The notes under the pieces were generated by a model that did not search any database, was not told where the DNA came from, and saw nothing but the letters and a program-made list of their open reading frames with translations. Below, piece after piece: positions 28,963 to 38,229 of a stretch of DNA of 64,000 bases. The DNA is taken from NCBI GenBank assembly GCA_041908445.1, contig JAYRFK010000110.1:1567-65566 (forward strand). Direction: 5' to 3'. The translations under genes were made by a program, and so were the position numbers. Source of the DNA: Acidimicrobiales bacterium. GTDB lineage: Bacteria; Actinomycetota; Acidimicrobiia; Acidimicrobiales; DATDAH01. Numbering within the stretch: position 1 is the stretch's first letter; each line of letters begins with the position of its first letter.

Positions 28963-30531
28963 GTGACCCCGGGGACGGCGGCCCAGACGCTCGCCGCCAT
29001 CGACATCGGCACCAACTCGGTCCACCTCGTCGTGGCGCGGGCCTACGGCAGCGGGCACTTCGAGGTGATCGGCCGGGAGAAGGAGGCCGTCCGCCTGGGC
29101 TCCGGGCAGGGCGAGATGAAGCGCCTCTCGCCGGCCGCCATCGACCGGGCGATCGCCGCCCTGCGGCGGTGCCGCCAGGTCGCCGACGTCGCTGACGCGC
29201 CGATCCGGGCCGTGGCCACCAGCGCCGTGCGCGAGGCGCAGAACAGCGCCACCTTCCTGCGCCGGGCGTGGGAGGAGGCGGGCATCGACGTCGAGGTGAT
29301 CTCCGGGTTCGAGGAGGCCCGCCTGATCCACCTCGGCGTCCTGCAGGCCGTGCCCATCTACGACAAGCGGTCGTTGCTGGTCGACATCGGCGGCGGCAGC
29401 ACCGAACTGCTCGTCGGGGAGCAGGGCGAGGCCGTGGCGGCTCGCAGCCTCAAGCTCGGCGCCATCCGCCTCACCCACCGGTTCTTCGACGCCCACCGGC
29501 TCAAGCCCGGCTCGGTCGACAAGGCTCGCCGCTACATCCGCTCGAACCTGGTCGGCTTCGCCCGGGAGGTCGAGCGCCTCGGCTTCGAGGTGGCGGTCGG
29601 CAGCTCGGGCACCATCGAGGCGATCGCGGCGATGGCCAACGCCCGCCGGGGCGACGAGCCGCTGCAGACGTACAACAACTTCGCCGTCTCGGCCCGCGAG
29701 CTCGATGCCGTCGTCGGTGCCCTCGTGGCCGCGCCCACGGTCGCCGAGCGGCGCAAGGTGCCAGGTCTCGACGCCTCCCGGGCCGACATCATCCTCGGCG
29801 GTGCCCTGATCCTCGAGCAGGTCGTCGCGGGGTTCGGGATCGACGAGCTCCTGGTGTCCGACTACGCCTTGCGCGAGGGCGTGCTGCTCGACACCCTGCA
29901 GCGCCTCCGGGGCCGCTCGCTGCACCACCTGAGCGATCTGCGCCGCCGCAGCGTCGACCACCTGGCTGCGCTGATGGACGACGACCCCGACCACTCGGCC
30001 CGGGCCGCCGCGCTCGCGCTCGCGCTCTTCGACGAGACCCGCGACCGCCACGGCCTGCCCGAGGACACCCGGGAGTACCTCGAGGCGGCGGCGCTGCTCT
30101 GCAACGTGGGGCTGTTCCTCTCCCACGCCCAGCACCACAAGCACTCGTACTACGTGATCCGCAACTCCGAGCACCTCACCGGGTTCACGGACCGCGAGAT
30201 CGAGATCATCGCCCAGGTCGCCCGCTACCACCGCAAGAGCGAGCCCAAGCCGAAGCACGCCGAGTTCGCCCGCCTCAAGCCGGCGGACCAGGACGTCGTC
30301 CGGGCCCTCGCCGGGATCCTGCGGGTCGCGATCGCCCTCGACCGCACCCGCGCCGGCGCGGTCGAGGCCGTGCACCGGGTGCGCGGGCCCGCCGCCGGGG
30401 ACGCCGTCGAGCTGGCCGTCACCGCGGCCGACGGTGCCGACGTCTCCCTCGAGCTCTACACCGCCGGCGAGGTCAAGGGCCTGCTCGAGCAGGTGTTCGA
30501 GCGCGACGTCCGCCTCTCCGTCGCTGCCTGA
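28963..30531 (+). CDS. ppx: Ppx/GppA family exopolyphosphatase with C-terminal HD domain
   Basis: AAIDIGTNSVHLVV, VATSAVREAQN and DIGGGSTEL ASKHA motifs, plus HD-domain HHKHSYYVIRN. Confidence 0.88.
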   Translation: MTPGTAAQTLAAIDIGTNSVHLVVARAYGSGHFEVIGREKEAVRLGSGQGEMKRLSPAAIDRAIAALRRCRQVADVADAPIRAVATSAVREAQNSATFLRRAWEEAGIDVEVISGFEEARLIHLGVLQAVPIYDKRSLLVDIGGGSTELLVGEQGEAVAARSLKLGAIRLTHRFFDAHRLKPGSVDKARRYIRSNLVGFAREVERLGFEVAVGSSGTIEAIAAMANARRGDEPLQTYNNFAVSARELDAVVGALVAAPTVAERRKVPGLDASRADIILGGALILEQVVAGFGIDELLVSDYALREGVLLDTLQRLRGRSLHHLSDLRRRSVDHLAALMDDDPDHSARAAALALALFDETRDRHGLPEDTREYLEAAALLCNVGLFLSHAQHHKHSYYVIRNSEHLTGFTDREIEIIAQVARYHRKSEPKPKHAEFARLKPADQDVVRALAGILRVAIALDRTRAGAVEAVHRVRGPAAGDAVELAVTAADGADVSLELYTAGEVKGLLEQVFERDVRLSVAA

Positions 30532-30559
30532 CCGGTCGCGGCGCCGCCCGCACGACGAA

Positions 30560-30603
30560 CTGGCTCCCGATTTCGGTGTCCTGGCACCGAAATCGGGAGC
30601 CGG
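30560..30603. repeat. family B palindromic element (copy 2) between convergent ppx and a hydrolase gene
   Basis: CTGGCTCCCGATTTCGGTG-TCCTGG-CACCGAAATCGGGAGCCGG. Same loop and core as 19782-19825. Confidence 0.75.
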
Positions 30604-30625
30604 AACGCAGGTGGGCCTGGGTTGG

Positions 30626-31294
30626 TCAGCGGCGGGGAAGGCGGGACGCCACGTCGGCGCAGGCGCCGAGCAGCGCCGGCACGAAGCGCTCGGGGTGCTG
30701 GGCGCAGCAGACGTGGTCGCCCCGCACGGGGTGGACCGTGGCGCCGGGGATCGCCGCCGCGAGCTTGCGCTGGCGGTGGGGCGGCACGACCTGGTCGAGC
30801 TCGGTGACCACGACCGCGGTGGGCACGTCGATCTCGTGGATCCACTCGTGCGAGCTGTACCGGCCGATGGCGGCGCCCGCCTCGATGATGGTGGCGGGGT
30901 CGCCGCGGTGGTACTCCCGCAGCGCCCACTCGCCGTAGGTGCCCTCGCCGGTGCGGCCGGCCAGCACCCGCAGGGCCGCCCGTCGCCGCCACGAGTCGGG
31001 CGTGCCCCGGGCGAGCACCGACAGGCCGCCGAGGGCCCGGAAGGTGAGCTTCTCGGCGGGCTTGCCCCGGAAGTTGCGGGCGGTGGCGCAGAAGACGAGC
31101 CCCTCGACGAGGGTAGGGTGGCGGTGCCAGAGCAGCTGTGCGATCGGGCCCCCCATCGAGTAGCCGACCGCGACGACCCGGTCGACGCCCAGCGCGGCGC
31201 ACGCCGCCGCGGCGTCGTCGGCGCAGTCGGCCAGGCGGAAGCGGTCCTCGGAGCGGATCCCCCGGCCGTGGCCCCGGTGGTCGATGGCGACCAC
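30626..31294 (-). CDS. alpha/beta hydrolase (minimal call from the first canonical start; the conserved N-terminus lies upstream without a canonical start)
   Basis: GYSMGG nucleophile elbow and a late GDHVCC histidine region. The in-frame upstream sequence encodes ...GTTFVRTIDGPPGAPTLLLLHGW... but has no ATG/GTG/TTG. Confidence 0.6.
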   Translation of the reverse strand: MVAIDHRGHGRGIRSEDRFRLADCADDAAAACAALGVDRVVAVGYSMGGPIAQLLWHRHPTLVEGLVFCATARNFRGKPAEKLTFRALGGLSVLARGTPDSWRRRAALRVLAGRTGEGTYGEWALREYHRGDPATIIEAGAAIGRYSSHEWIHEIDVPTAVVVTELDQVVPPHRQRKLAAAIPGATVHPVRGDHVCCAQHPERFVPALLGACADVASRLPRR

Positions 31295-31560
31295 CGAGTA
31301 GCGCTCGCCCAGCGGGGCGTACTCGGGGAACCAGTTCAGGTCGGCGCTGGCGGTCCACCCGTGCAGCAGCAGGAGGGTGGGCGCGCCGGGCGGGCCGTCG
31401 ATGGTGCGGACGAAGGTCGTGCCCCGCCCGGGCAGGTCGAGGGCGCGGCCGGCCGGCAGCGGTGGGGTGAGCGGCGCCGGCCCGGCGGCCGTCGAGGGGT
31501 CGGCCGCCGCCGTCGGGCTCCCGGGGCGGTCGGTGGAGGTGCCGGGCGTGGCCCCGCCCC

Positions 31561-32031
31561 TCAGCGCTCGATCTCGACGATGGTGACGGTGAGGGTGCCG
31601 CCGGGCGCCTCGTAGCTGACCTCGTCGCCCACCTTCGAGCCCATGAGGGCCTCACCCAGCGGGGACATGGGCGAGATCACGTCGACGTCGTCGCGCTTCT
31701 CCTCGATGGAGCCGATGAGGTAGCGCTCGGGGTCCTCGTCGTCCTCGTAGACGATCGACACGATCGAGCCGCCGGTCACCAGGTCGGAGACCTCGCTCTC
31801 GTCGACGATCTGGGCGACCTCCATGAGGGCCTCGAGGTGGCGGATGCGGGCCTCGGTCTTGCCCTGCTCCTCCTTGGCGGCGTGGTAGTCGCCGTTCTCC
31901 TTGAGGTCACCCATCTCGCGGGCCACTTCGATCTTGCGGGCGATGTCGATGCGCCACTCGGTGGTGAGGTACTTGTGCTCCTCGGCGAGGCGGTCGAACG
32001 CCTGCTGGCTGAGGTAGTGCGTCTGCGCCAT
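31561..32031 (-). CDS. greA: transcription elongation factor GreA
   Basis: LSQQAFDRLAEEHKYL...REMGDLKENGDYHAAKEEQG is typical of GreA; 156 aa. Confidence 0.93.
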   Translation of the reverse strand: MAQTHYLSQQAFDRLAEEHKYLTTEWRIDIARKIEVAREMGDLKENGDYHAAKEEQGKTEARIRHLEALMEVAQIVDESEVSDLVTGGSIVSIVYEDDEDPERYLIGSIEEKRDDVDVISPMSPLGEALMGSKVGDEVSYEAPGGTLTVTIVEIER

Positions 32032-32148
32032 CGTGAAAGGGTAGCGAGGGCCGCCAGACGGGCAAACGGCCCGATCCGGCCCGGTGCCCCCCAGGTGGGT
32101 CCCCGCCCGGGTTGACGTTTCGTGACCGAGGCCCGACACTGGTGGGCG

Positions 32149-32187
32149 ATGCCCGGTCACCCGACCTCCGCCATCATCATTCGCTAG
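32149..32187 (+). CDS. candidate leader peptide MPGHPTSAIIIR
   Basis: 12-codon ORF with three consecutive Ile codons ATC ATC ATT (32173-32181). It has the same architecture as the ilvB leader. Confidence 0.5.
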   Translation: MPGHPTSAIIIR

Positions 32188-32218
32188 CGCACGCCGGCCC
32201 TCCGGCGTGCGCCCCCGA

Positions 32219-32252
32219 CCGTCCACCCAGGTGGGCGGTTTCTTCGTTTTCG
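32219..32252 (+). terminator. attenuator/intrinsic terminator in the leuB leader
   Basis: 8-bp stem CCGTCCAC/GTGGGCGG (one G-U pair) followed by a 14-nt T-rich tract; 77 nt before the leuB ATG. Confidence 0.55.
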
Positions 32253-32328
32253 CACGTCGCACCCCACGACCCACCGCACGAACCCGCCGACCGGCACGGC
32301 CGGCCCTCACGCAACGGGAGCACCCTGC

Positions 32329-33315
32329 ATGACCACCACCCACCGCATCGGCGTCGTCGGCGGCGACGGCATCGGCCCCGAGGTCACGGCCGAGGCCCTC
32401 AAGGTCGTCGCGGCCACCGGCGTGGCGCTCGAGACCGTCGACTACGACCTCGGCGGCGCCCGCTACCTGCGCGACGGCGTGGTCCTGCCCGACGAGGTCG
32501 TCGACGAGTGGCGGGGCCTCGACGCCCTGCTCGTCGGCGCGGTGGGCACCCCCGAGGTGCCGCCCGGCGTGATCGAGCGCGGCCTGCTGCTCAAGATGCG
32601 CTTCGACCTCGACCTCTACGTCAACCTGCGGCCGTTCCTGCTCCCGGAGAAGGGCGTCGACTTCCTCGTCGTCCGCGAGAACACCGAGGGGAGCTACGCC
32701 GGCGAGGGCGGGTCCCTCCGCAAGGGCACGCCCCACGAGGTGGCCACCCAGGGCTCGGTCAACACCCGCATGGGCGTCGAGCGCTGCGTGCGCTTCGCCT
32801 TCGACCTGGCCAACGGCCGGCCGGCCCAGCACCTCACCCTCGTCCACAAGACGAACGTGCTCACCTTCGCCGGCGACCTGTGGCAGCGCACGTTCGACGA
32901 GGTGGCCCCCGAGTTCCCCGACGTGGCCACGGCCTACAACCACGTCGACGCCGCCTGCATCTACTTCGTCGAGGACCCGCAGCGCTACGACGTCATCGTC
33001 ACCGACAACCTCTTCGGCGACATCCTCACCGATCTCGGCGGCGCCATCTCGGGCGGCATCGGCTTCGCCGCCTCCGCCAACCTCAACCCCGACCGCACCG
33101 GCCCTTCGATGTTCGAGCCGGTGCACGGGTCGGCGCCCGACATCGCCGGGAAGGGGACCGCCAACCCCACCGCCGCAGTCCTCTCGGCTGCGATGATGCT
33201 GGAGTTCCTGGGCGAGGCGGACGCCGCCGCCCGTGTCCGCAAGGCGTGCGCCGACCCGTCGGCGCTGACCGGTTCGACCAGTGCGATCGGTGACGCGATC
33301 GCAGAAAGGGTGTAG
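32329..33315 (+). CDS. leuB: 3-isopropylmalate dehydrogenase (short actinobacterial type)
   Basis: [38 protein letters not shown] and [15 protein letters not shown] isocitrate/isopropylmalate dehydrogenase motifs. Confidence 0.88.
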   Translation: MTTTHRIGVVGGDGIGPEVTAEALKVVAATGVALETVDYDLGGARYLRDGVVLPDEVVDEWRGLDALLVGAVGTPEVPPGVIERGLLLKMRFDLDLYVNLRPFLLPEKGVDFLVVRENTEGSYAGEGGSLRKGTPHEVATQGSVNTRMGVERCVRFAFDLANGRPAQHLTLVHKTNVLTFAGDLWQRTFDEVAPEFPDVATAYNHVDAACIYFVEDPQRYDVIVTDNLFGDILTDLGGAISGGIGFAASANLNPDRTGPSMFEPVHGSAPDIAGKGTANPTAAVLSAAMMLEFLGEADAAARVRKACADPSALTGSTSAIGDAIAERV

Positions 33316-33321
33316 GGGAAG

Positions 33322-34242
33322 ATGCCGATCGACAAGGTCGAGAAGATCTGGATGGACGGGGAGCTCGTCGACTGGGACGACGCCAACGTGCACATCCTCA
33401 CGCACACGCTGCACTACGGCTGCGGCGTGTTCGAGGGCATCCGGGCCTACAACACGAGCCGCGGCGCGGCCGTGTTCCGCCTGCGGGACCACATCGAGCG
33501 CCTGTTCAACAGCGCCAAGATCTTCATGATCGACATCCCGTACACCGTGGACGAGCTCTGCGACGCCACCCGGGAGCTCGTGCGGGTCAACGCCCTCGAG
33601 TCCTGCTACATCCGCCCCATCGCCTACCTCGGCTACGGCGAGATGGGCCTCAACCCGCTGCCGTGCCCGGTGAACGTGTCGATCGCGGCGTGGCCGTGGG
33701 GCACCTACCTCGGCGACGAGGGCCTCAAGAACGGGGTGCGCATGAAGGTGAGCTCGTGGAAGCGCCACGACCCCAACAGCCTCCCGCCGGCGGCCAAGGG
33801 CACGGGCATGTACATCAACTCGTCGATGGCCAAGGTGGAGGCCCTCAAGGCGGGCTACGACGAGGCCATCCTGCTCTCGCCGAACGGCCACGTGAGCGAG
33901 TGCACCGGCGAGAACATCTTCATGGTCCGCGACGGCGCCATCATCACCCCGCCGGTGTCGGCCGGCGCCCTCGAGGGCATCACCCAGGACTCGGTGCGCA
34001 CCATCGCCGCCGACCTCGGCATCGACTACCACGTGCAGCACCTGCTGCGCAGCGACCTGTACACGGCCCACGAGGCCTTCCTCTCGGGCACCGCCGCCGA
34101 GGTGGTCCCGATCCGCTCGGTGGACGACCGCGACCTGGGCGAGCCCGGCCCCGTCACCAAGGCGATCCAGGAGCACTACTTCGCCGCCGTGCGCGGTGAG
34201 AACGACCGGTACAAGGACTGGCTCGACCATGTCAACGAATAG
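33322..34242 (+). CDS. ilvE: branched-chain amino acid aminotransferase (class IV)
   Basis: IWMDGELVDWDDANVHILTHTLHYGCGVFEGIRAY, AAKGTGMYINS and EGITQDSV motifs. Confidence 0.92.
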   Translation: MPIDKVEKIWMDGELVDWDDANVHILTHTLHYGCGVFEGIRAYNTSRGAAVFRLRDHIERLFNSAKIFMIDIPYTVDELCDATRELVRVNALESCYIRPIAYLGYGEMGLNPLPCPVNVSIAAWPWGTYLGDEGLKNGVRMKVSSWKRHDPNSLPPAAKGTGMYINSSMAKVEALKAGYDEAILLSPNGHVSECTGENIFMVRDGAIITPPVSAGALEGITQDSVRTIAADLGIDYHVQHLLRSDLYTAHEAFLSGTAAEVVPIRSVDDRDLGEPGPVTKAIQEHYFAAVRGENDRYKDWLDHVNE

Positions 34243-35848
34243 CCCCACCGGGGGCCTGCCCGCGCACGTCGACATCTACGACACGACCCTCCGGGACGGG
34301 AGCCAGCTCGAGGGCATCTCGCTGACCGTCGACGACAAGCTGCGCATCGCCGAGCAGCTCGACTACCTCGGCGTCCACTTCATCGAGGGGGGCTGGCCGG
34401 GCGCGAACCCCAAGGACGACGAGTTCTTCCAGCGGGCGCCGACCGAGCTCGACCTCGAGTTCTCCACCCTCGTGGCCTTCGGCTCCACCCGCCGGGTGAA
34501 GGGCAAGGTCGACGACGACCCCACGCTGGCCAACCTCGTGAAGGCCAACACCTCGGCGGTCTGCATCGTCGGCAAGTGCTGGGACTACCACGTCACCGAG
34601 GCGCTGCGGACGTCCCTCGACGAGGGCGTGGCCATGGTGGCCGACTCCGTCGAGTTCCTCGTGAACGCCGGCCTGCGGGTGTTCTTCGACGCCGAGCACT
34701 TCTTCGACGGCTACAAGCGCAACCCCGAGTTCAGCCTCCGCGTCGTCGAGGCCGCGGCCATGGCCGGCGCCGAGAGCGTGGTGCTCTGCGACACCAACGG
34801 CGGGTCGCTGCCGTTCGAGGTCGAGGTGATCGTGGCCGACGTCGTCCGCCACCTCGACACCCCGGTGGGCGTGCACCTGCACGACGACACCGGGTGCGGC
34901 GTGGCCAACGCCCTCGCCGGCGTGCGGGGCGGCGCCACCCAGGTGCAGGGGACGATCAACGGCTACGGCGAGCGCACCGGCAACTGCAACCTGTCGACGA
35001 TCATCCCCAACCTCAGCCTGAAGATGGGCGTGGACACCATCCCCGCCGATCGTCTCGAGCGGCTCACCACCGTCTCGCACCACGTGGCCGAGCTGGTCAA
35101 CATCTCGCCCGACCCCCAGCAGCCCTACGTGGGCTCGTCGGCGTTCGCCCACAAGGCGGGCCTGCACGTGAGCGCCATCGCCCGGCGCTCCGACGCCTAC
35201 GAGCACATCCAGCCCGACGCGGTCGGCAACGGCACCCGCTTCGTGGTGTCGGAGATGGCCGGCAAGTCCACCCTCGACCTCAAGGCCAAGGAGATCGGCC
35301 TCGAGATGGACGGCAAGGAGCTGTCCGAGGTCGTCGAGCGGCTCAAGACCCTCGAGCACGAGGGCTTCCACTTCGAGGCCGCGGACGGCTCGCTCGAGCT
35401 GCTCATGCGGGATGCGACCGGCTGGGAGCAGCCCTTCTTCGAGCTCGAGTCCTTCCGGGTCACCGTCGAGCACCGGGCGCCGTCGTCGGGCAGCACGGGC
35501 CAGGCCGGCGCCGAGGTGGTCACCGAGGCGACGGTCAAGGTGAAGTTCGACGGCCAGCGCGTCATCGAGACCGCCGAGGGCAACGGCCCCGTCAACGCCC
35601 TCGACCAGGCCCTGCGCAAGGCCATCGGCCAGGCCTTCCCGGCCCTCGGCTCCGTGCACCTCACCGACTTCAAGGTGCGGGTGCTCGACACGGGCAAGGG
35701 CACCGGGGCGGTCACCCGGGTGCTCATCGACTCGACCGACGGCGACCGCACCTGGTCGACCATCGGTGTCTCCGAGAACGTCATCGAGGCGTCCTGGCAG
35801 GCGCTGGCCGACTCGGTCATCTTCGGCCTGCTCAAGGCCCCGGCCTAG
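34229..35848 (+). CDS. cimA: citramalate synthase (LeuA-family, TIGR00977-like)
   Basis: IYDTTLRDGSQLEGISLTVDDKLRIAEQLDYLGVHFIEGGWPGANPKDDEFF and HLHDDTGCGVANALAGVRGGATQVQGTINGYGERTGNCNL resemble the CimA branch rather than LeuA. The start overlaps the ilvE end. Confidence 0.78.
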   Translation: MSTNSPTGGLPAHVDIYDTTLRDGSQLEGISLTVDDKLRIAEQLDYLGVHFIEGGWPGANPKDDEFFQRAPTELDLEFSTLVAFGSTRRVKGKVDDDPTLANLVKANTSAVCIVGKCWDYHVTEALRTSLDEGVAMVADSVEFLVNAGLRVFFDAEHFFDGYKRNPEFSLRVVEAAAMAGAESVVLCDTNGGSLPFEVEVIVADVVRHLDTPVGVHLHDDTGCGVANALAGVRGGATQVQGTINGYGERTGNCNLSTIIPNLSLKMGVDTIPADRLERLTTVSHHVAELVNISPDPQQPYVGSSAFAHKAGLHVSAIARRSDAYEHIQPDAVGNGTRFVVSEMAGKSTLDLKAKEIGLEMDGKELSEVVERLKTLEHEGFHFEAADGSLELLMRDATGWEQPFFELESFRVTVEHRAPSSGSTGQAGAEVVTEATVKVKFDGQRVIETAEGNGPVNALDQALRKAIGQAFPALGSVHLTDFKVRVLDTGKGTGAVTRVLIDSTDGDRTWSTIGVSENVIEASWQALADSVIFGLLKAPA

Positions 35849-35859
35849 GATCGCCCCCG

Positions 35860-36375
35860 ATGTCCGCGCCCCAGTACGTCCCCAAGAGCGCCCGCCCGGG
35901 GAACCGGGTGTACGAGTCGCCGCCGTGGCAGCACGACCCCTGGGTCGCCCACCCGGCCGGCAACCTCGACGAGGGCCAGCCACGGGGCCACTTCTACGGC
36001 AACCAGGGCCCGGACCAGGGCTACGTGCTGCTGCTGGCGGAGCGCTTCGAGCCCCACCTGACCGGCGGTGAGGTGCTCGACGACGTGAAGGCCGGCGTCG
36101 TCGGCGTCGCCCTCAAGCGCGGCTCGCTGTTCGGCCGGGCGCCGGTCGCGCACGACCTGACCATCGCCTACACCATCTTCGGCTTCCTCGACGAGTCGCC
36201 CGACCCGGCGCTCGTCGACCTGCGCAAGGAGCTGTTCGGCTCGGCCGCCGTGCACTATGCGGAGCGCCGCACCATCGTCGACCTCGTCCCCGAGGCGACC
36301 CTGCGCATGACCCCGACGCAGGTCGCCGAGGCCTACGCGGCCGACTGGCGGCGCCTGCTCGGCCTCACGGGCTGA
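35860..36375 (+). CDS. hypothetical protein
   Basis: 171-aa ORF immediately after cimA with normal composition (not Arg/Pro-rich). I recognise no motif. Confidence 0.5.
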   Translation: MSAPQYVPKSARPGNRVYESPPWQHDPWVAHPAGNLDEGQPRGHFYGNQGPDQGYVLLLAERFEPHLTGGEVLDDVKAGVVGVALKRGSLFGRAPVAHDLTIAYTIFGFLDESPDPALVDLRKELFGSAAVHYAERRTIVDLVPEATLRMTPTQVAEAYAADWRRLLGLTG

Positions 36376-36430
36376 CCCGGCCCGTCCGGCTCCTCCGACC
36401 GACTCCGCAGCGCCGGCCGCGGCGCGTGGA

Positions 36431-37413
36431 ATGCTGGGGGCGATGTTCGTCGACGCCGCCCTCTACCGCAACGGCGTGCGCGATCCCGAGCCGTTCGACG
36501 TCAGTCGGAGGTTCCACACGCCGCCGGACCCGAAGACGTTCCTCTGGGTGGGGCTCTACGAGCCGACCGAGCAGGAGTTCTCGGCGGTCCGCCAGGAGTT
36601 CAACCTCCACCCGCTCGCCGTCGAGGACGCGATCAAGGCCCACCAGCGGCCCAAGCTCGAGTTCTTCGAGGACAGCGCCTTCATGGTGCTGCGCACCGCC
36701 CGCTACCTCGAGGACACCGAGACGGTCGAGTTCGGTGAGCTCCAGGTCTTCTTCGGCCGGGGCTTCATCGTCACGGTCCGCCACGGTGCCGCTGCGCCGC
36801 TGAACGCCGTCCGCCTCGAGCTCGAGACCGACCCCGAGCGCCTGTCGTGCGGACCCGCCGCCGTGCTGCACGCCATCGTCGACCACGTGGTCGACGGCTA
36901 CCAGCCGGTGCTGCTGGGCATCGAGGACGACATCGGCGAGGTGGAGGAGGAGGTCTTCTCCCCGAGCAACCACAACCCGGTCGAGCGGATCTACTACCTC
37001 AAGCGCGAGGTGCTCGGGATGATCAAGGCCACGAGCTCGCTGCAGCAGCCGCTCGAGCGCCTGTCCGCGCTGCACGACATCGAGTACCTGCACGACGACA
37101 TCGCCCACTACTTCCGCGACGTGCTCGACCACCTGCTGCGGGTCGAGGAGCAGGTGGGTGCCTTCAACGAGATGCTCACCAGCATCCTCGAGGCCAACCT
37201 GACGCGGGTCAGCATCCGCCAGAACGAGGACATGAAGAAGATGGCGGCGTGGGCCGCCATCGGCATCGTGCCCACGGCCCTGGCGGGCGTGTACGGCATG
37301 AACTTCCGCCACATGCCCGAGCTGCAGTGGCGCTTCGGCTACCCGATGGCGATCCTCACGATCGTTGTGGTCTGCTTGCTCCTCTACCGGAACTTCAAGC
37401 GAGTGGGGTGGTT

Positions 37414-37417
<4 letters not shown>
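36431..37417 (+). CDS. corA: CorA family magnesium/cobalt transporter
   Basis: Cytoplasmic CorA domain plus two C-terminal TM helices with the YGMNF signature (GVYGMNFRHMPEL). Confidence 0.9.
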
Positions 37418-38166
<749 letters not shown>

Positions 38167-38229
38167 GCGCGCTCGACCGGCGCCGCCGGCGTCGGTCCAC
38201 CGTCACAGGGGGCCGGTAGCCTCGGAGAA

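Larger units (their letters stand above)
32112..32252 (+). promoter_or_regulatory. leuB-ilvE-cimA leader region: candidate promoter, Ile-rich leader peptide and terminator-type attenuator
   Basis: TTGACG (32112-32117), 17 nt, GACACT (32135-32140), 8 nt, then ATG 32149. The leader encodes MPGHPTSAIIIR. An 11-bp hairpin GCGCACGCCGG/CCGGCGTGCGC (32187-32197/32202-32212) starts at the stop codon. A terminator hairpin at 32219-32238 is followed by TTTCTTCGTTTTCG. Confidence 0.6.

Noticed and set aside
31561-34275. 904-aa minus-strand ORF
   Set aside because: Only its last 156 codons (31561-32031) are real (GreA). The rest is antisense to leuB and ilvE and crosses the leader region.
38167-38229. 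T-box or other leader upstream of gltX
   Set aside because: The intergenic region is only about 60 nt and has no specifier or T-box-like sequence or terminator.
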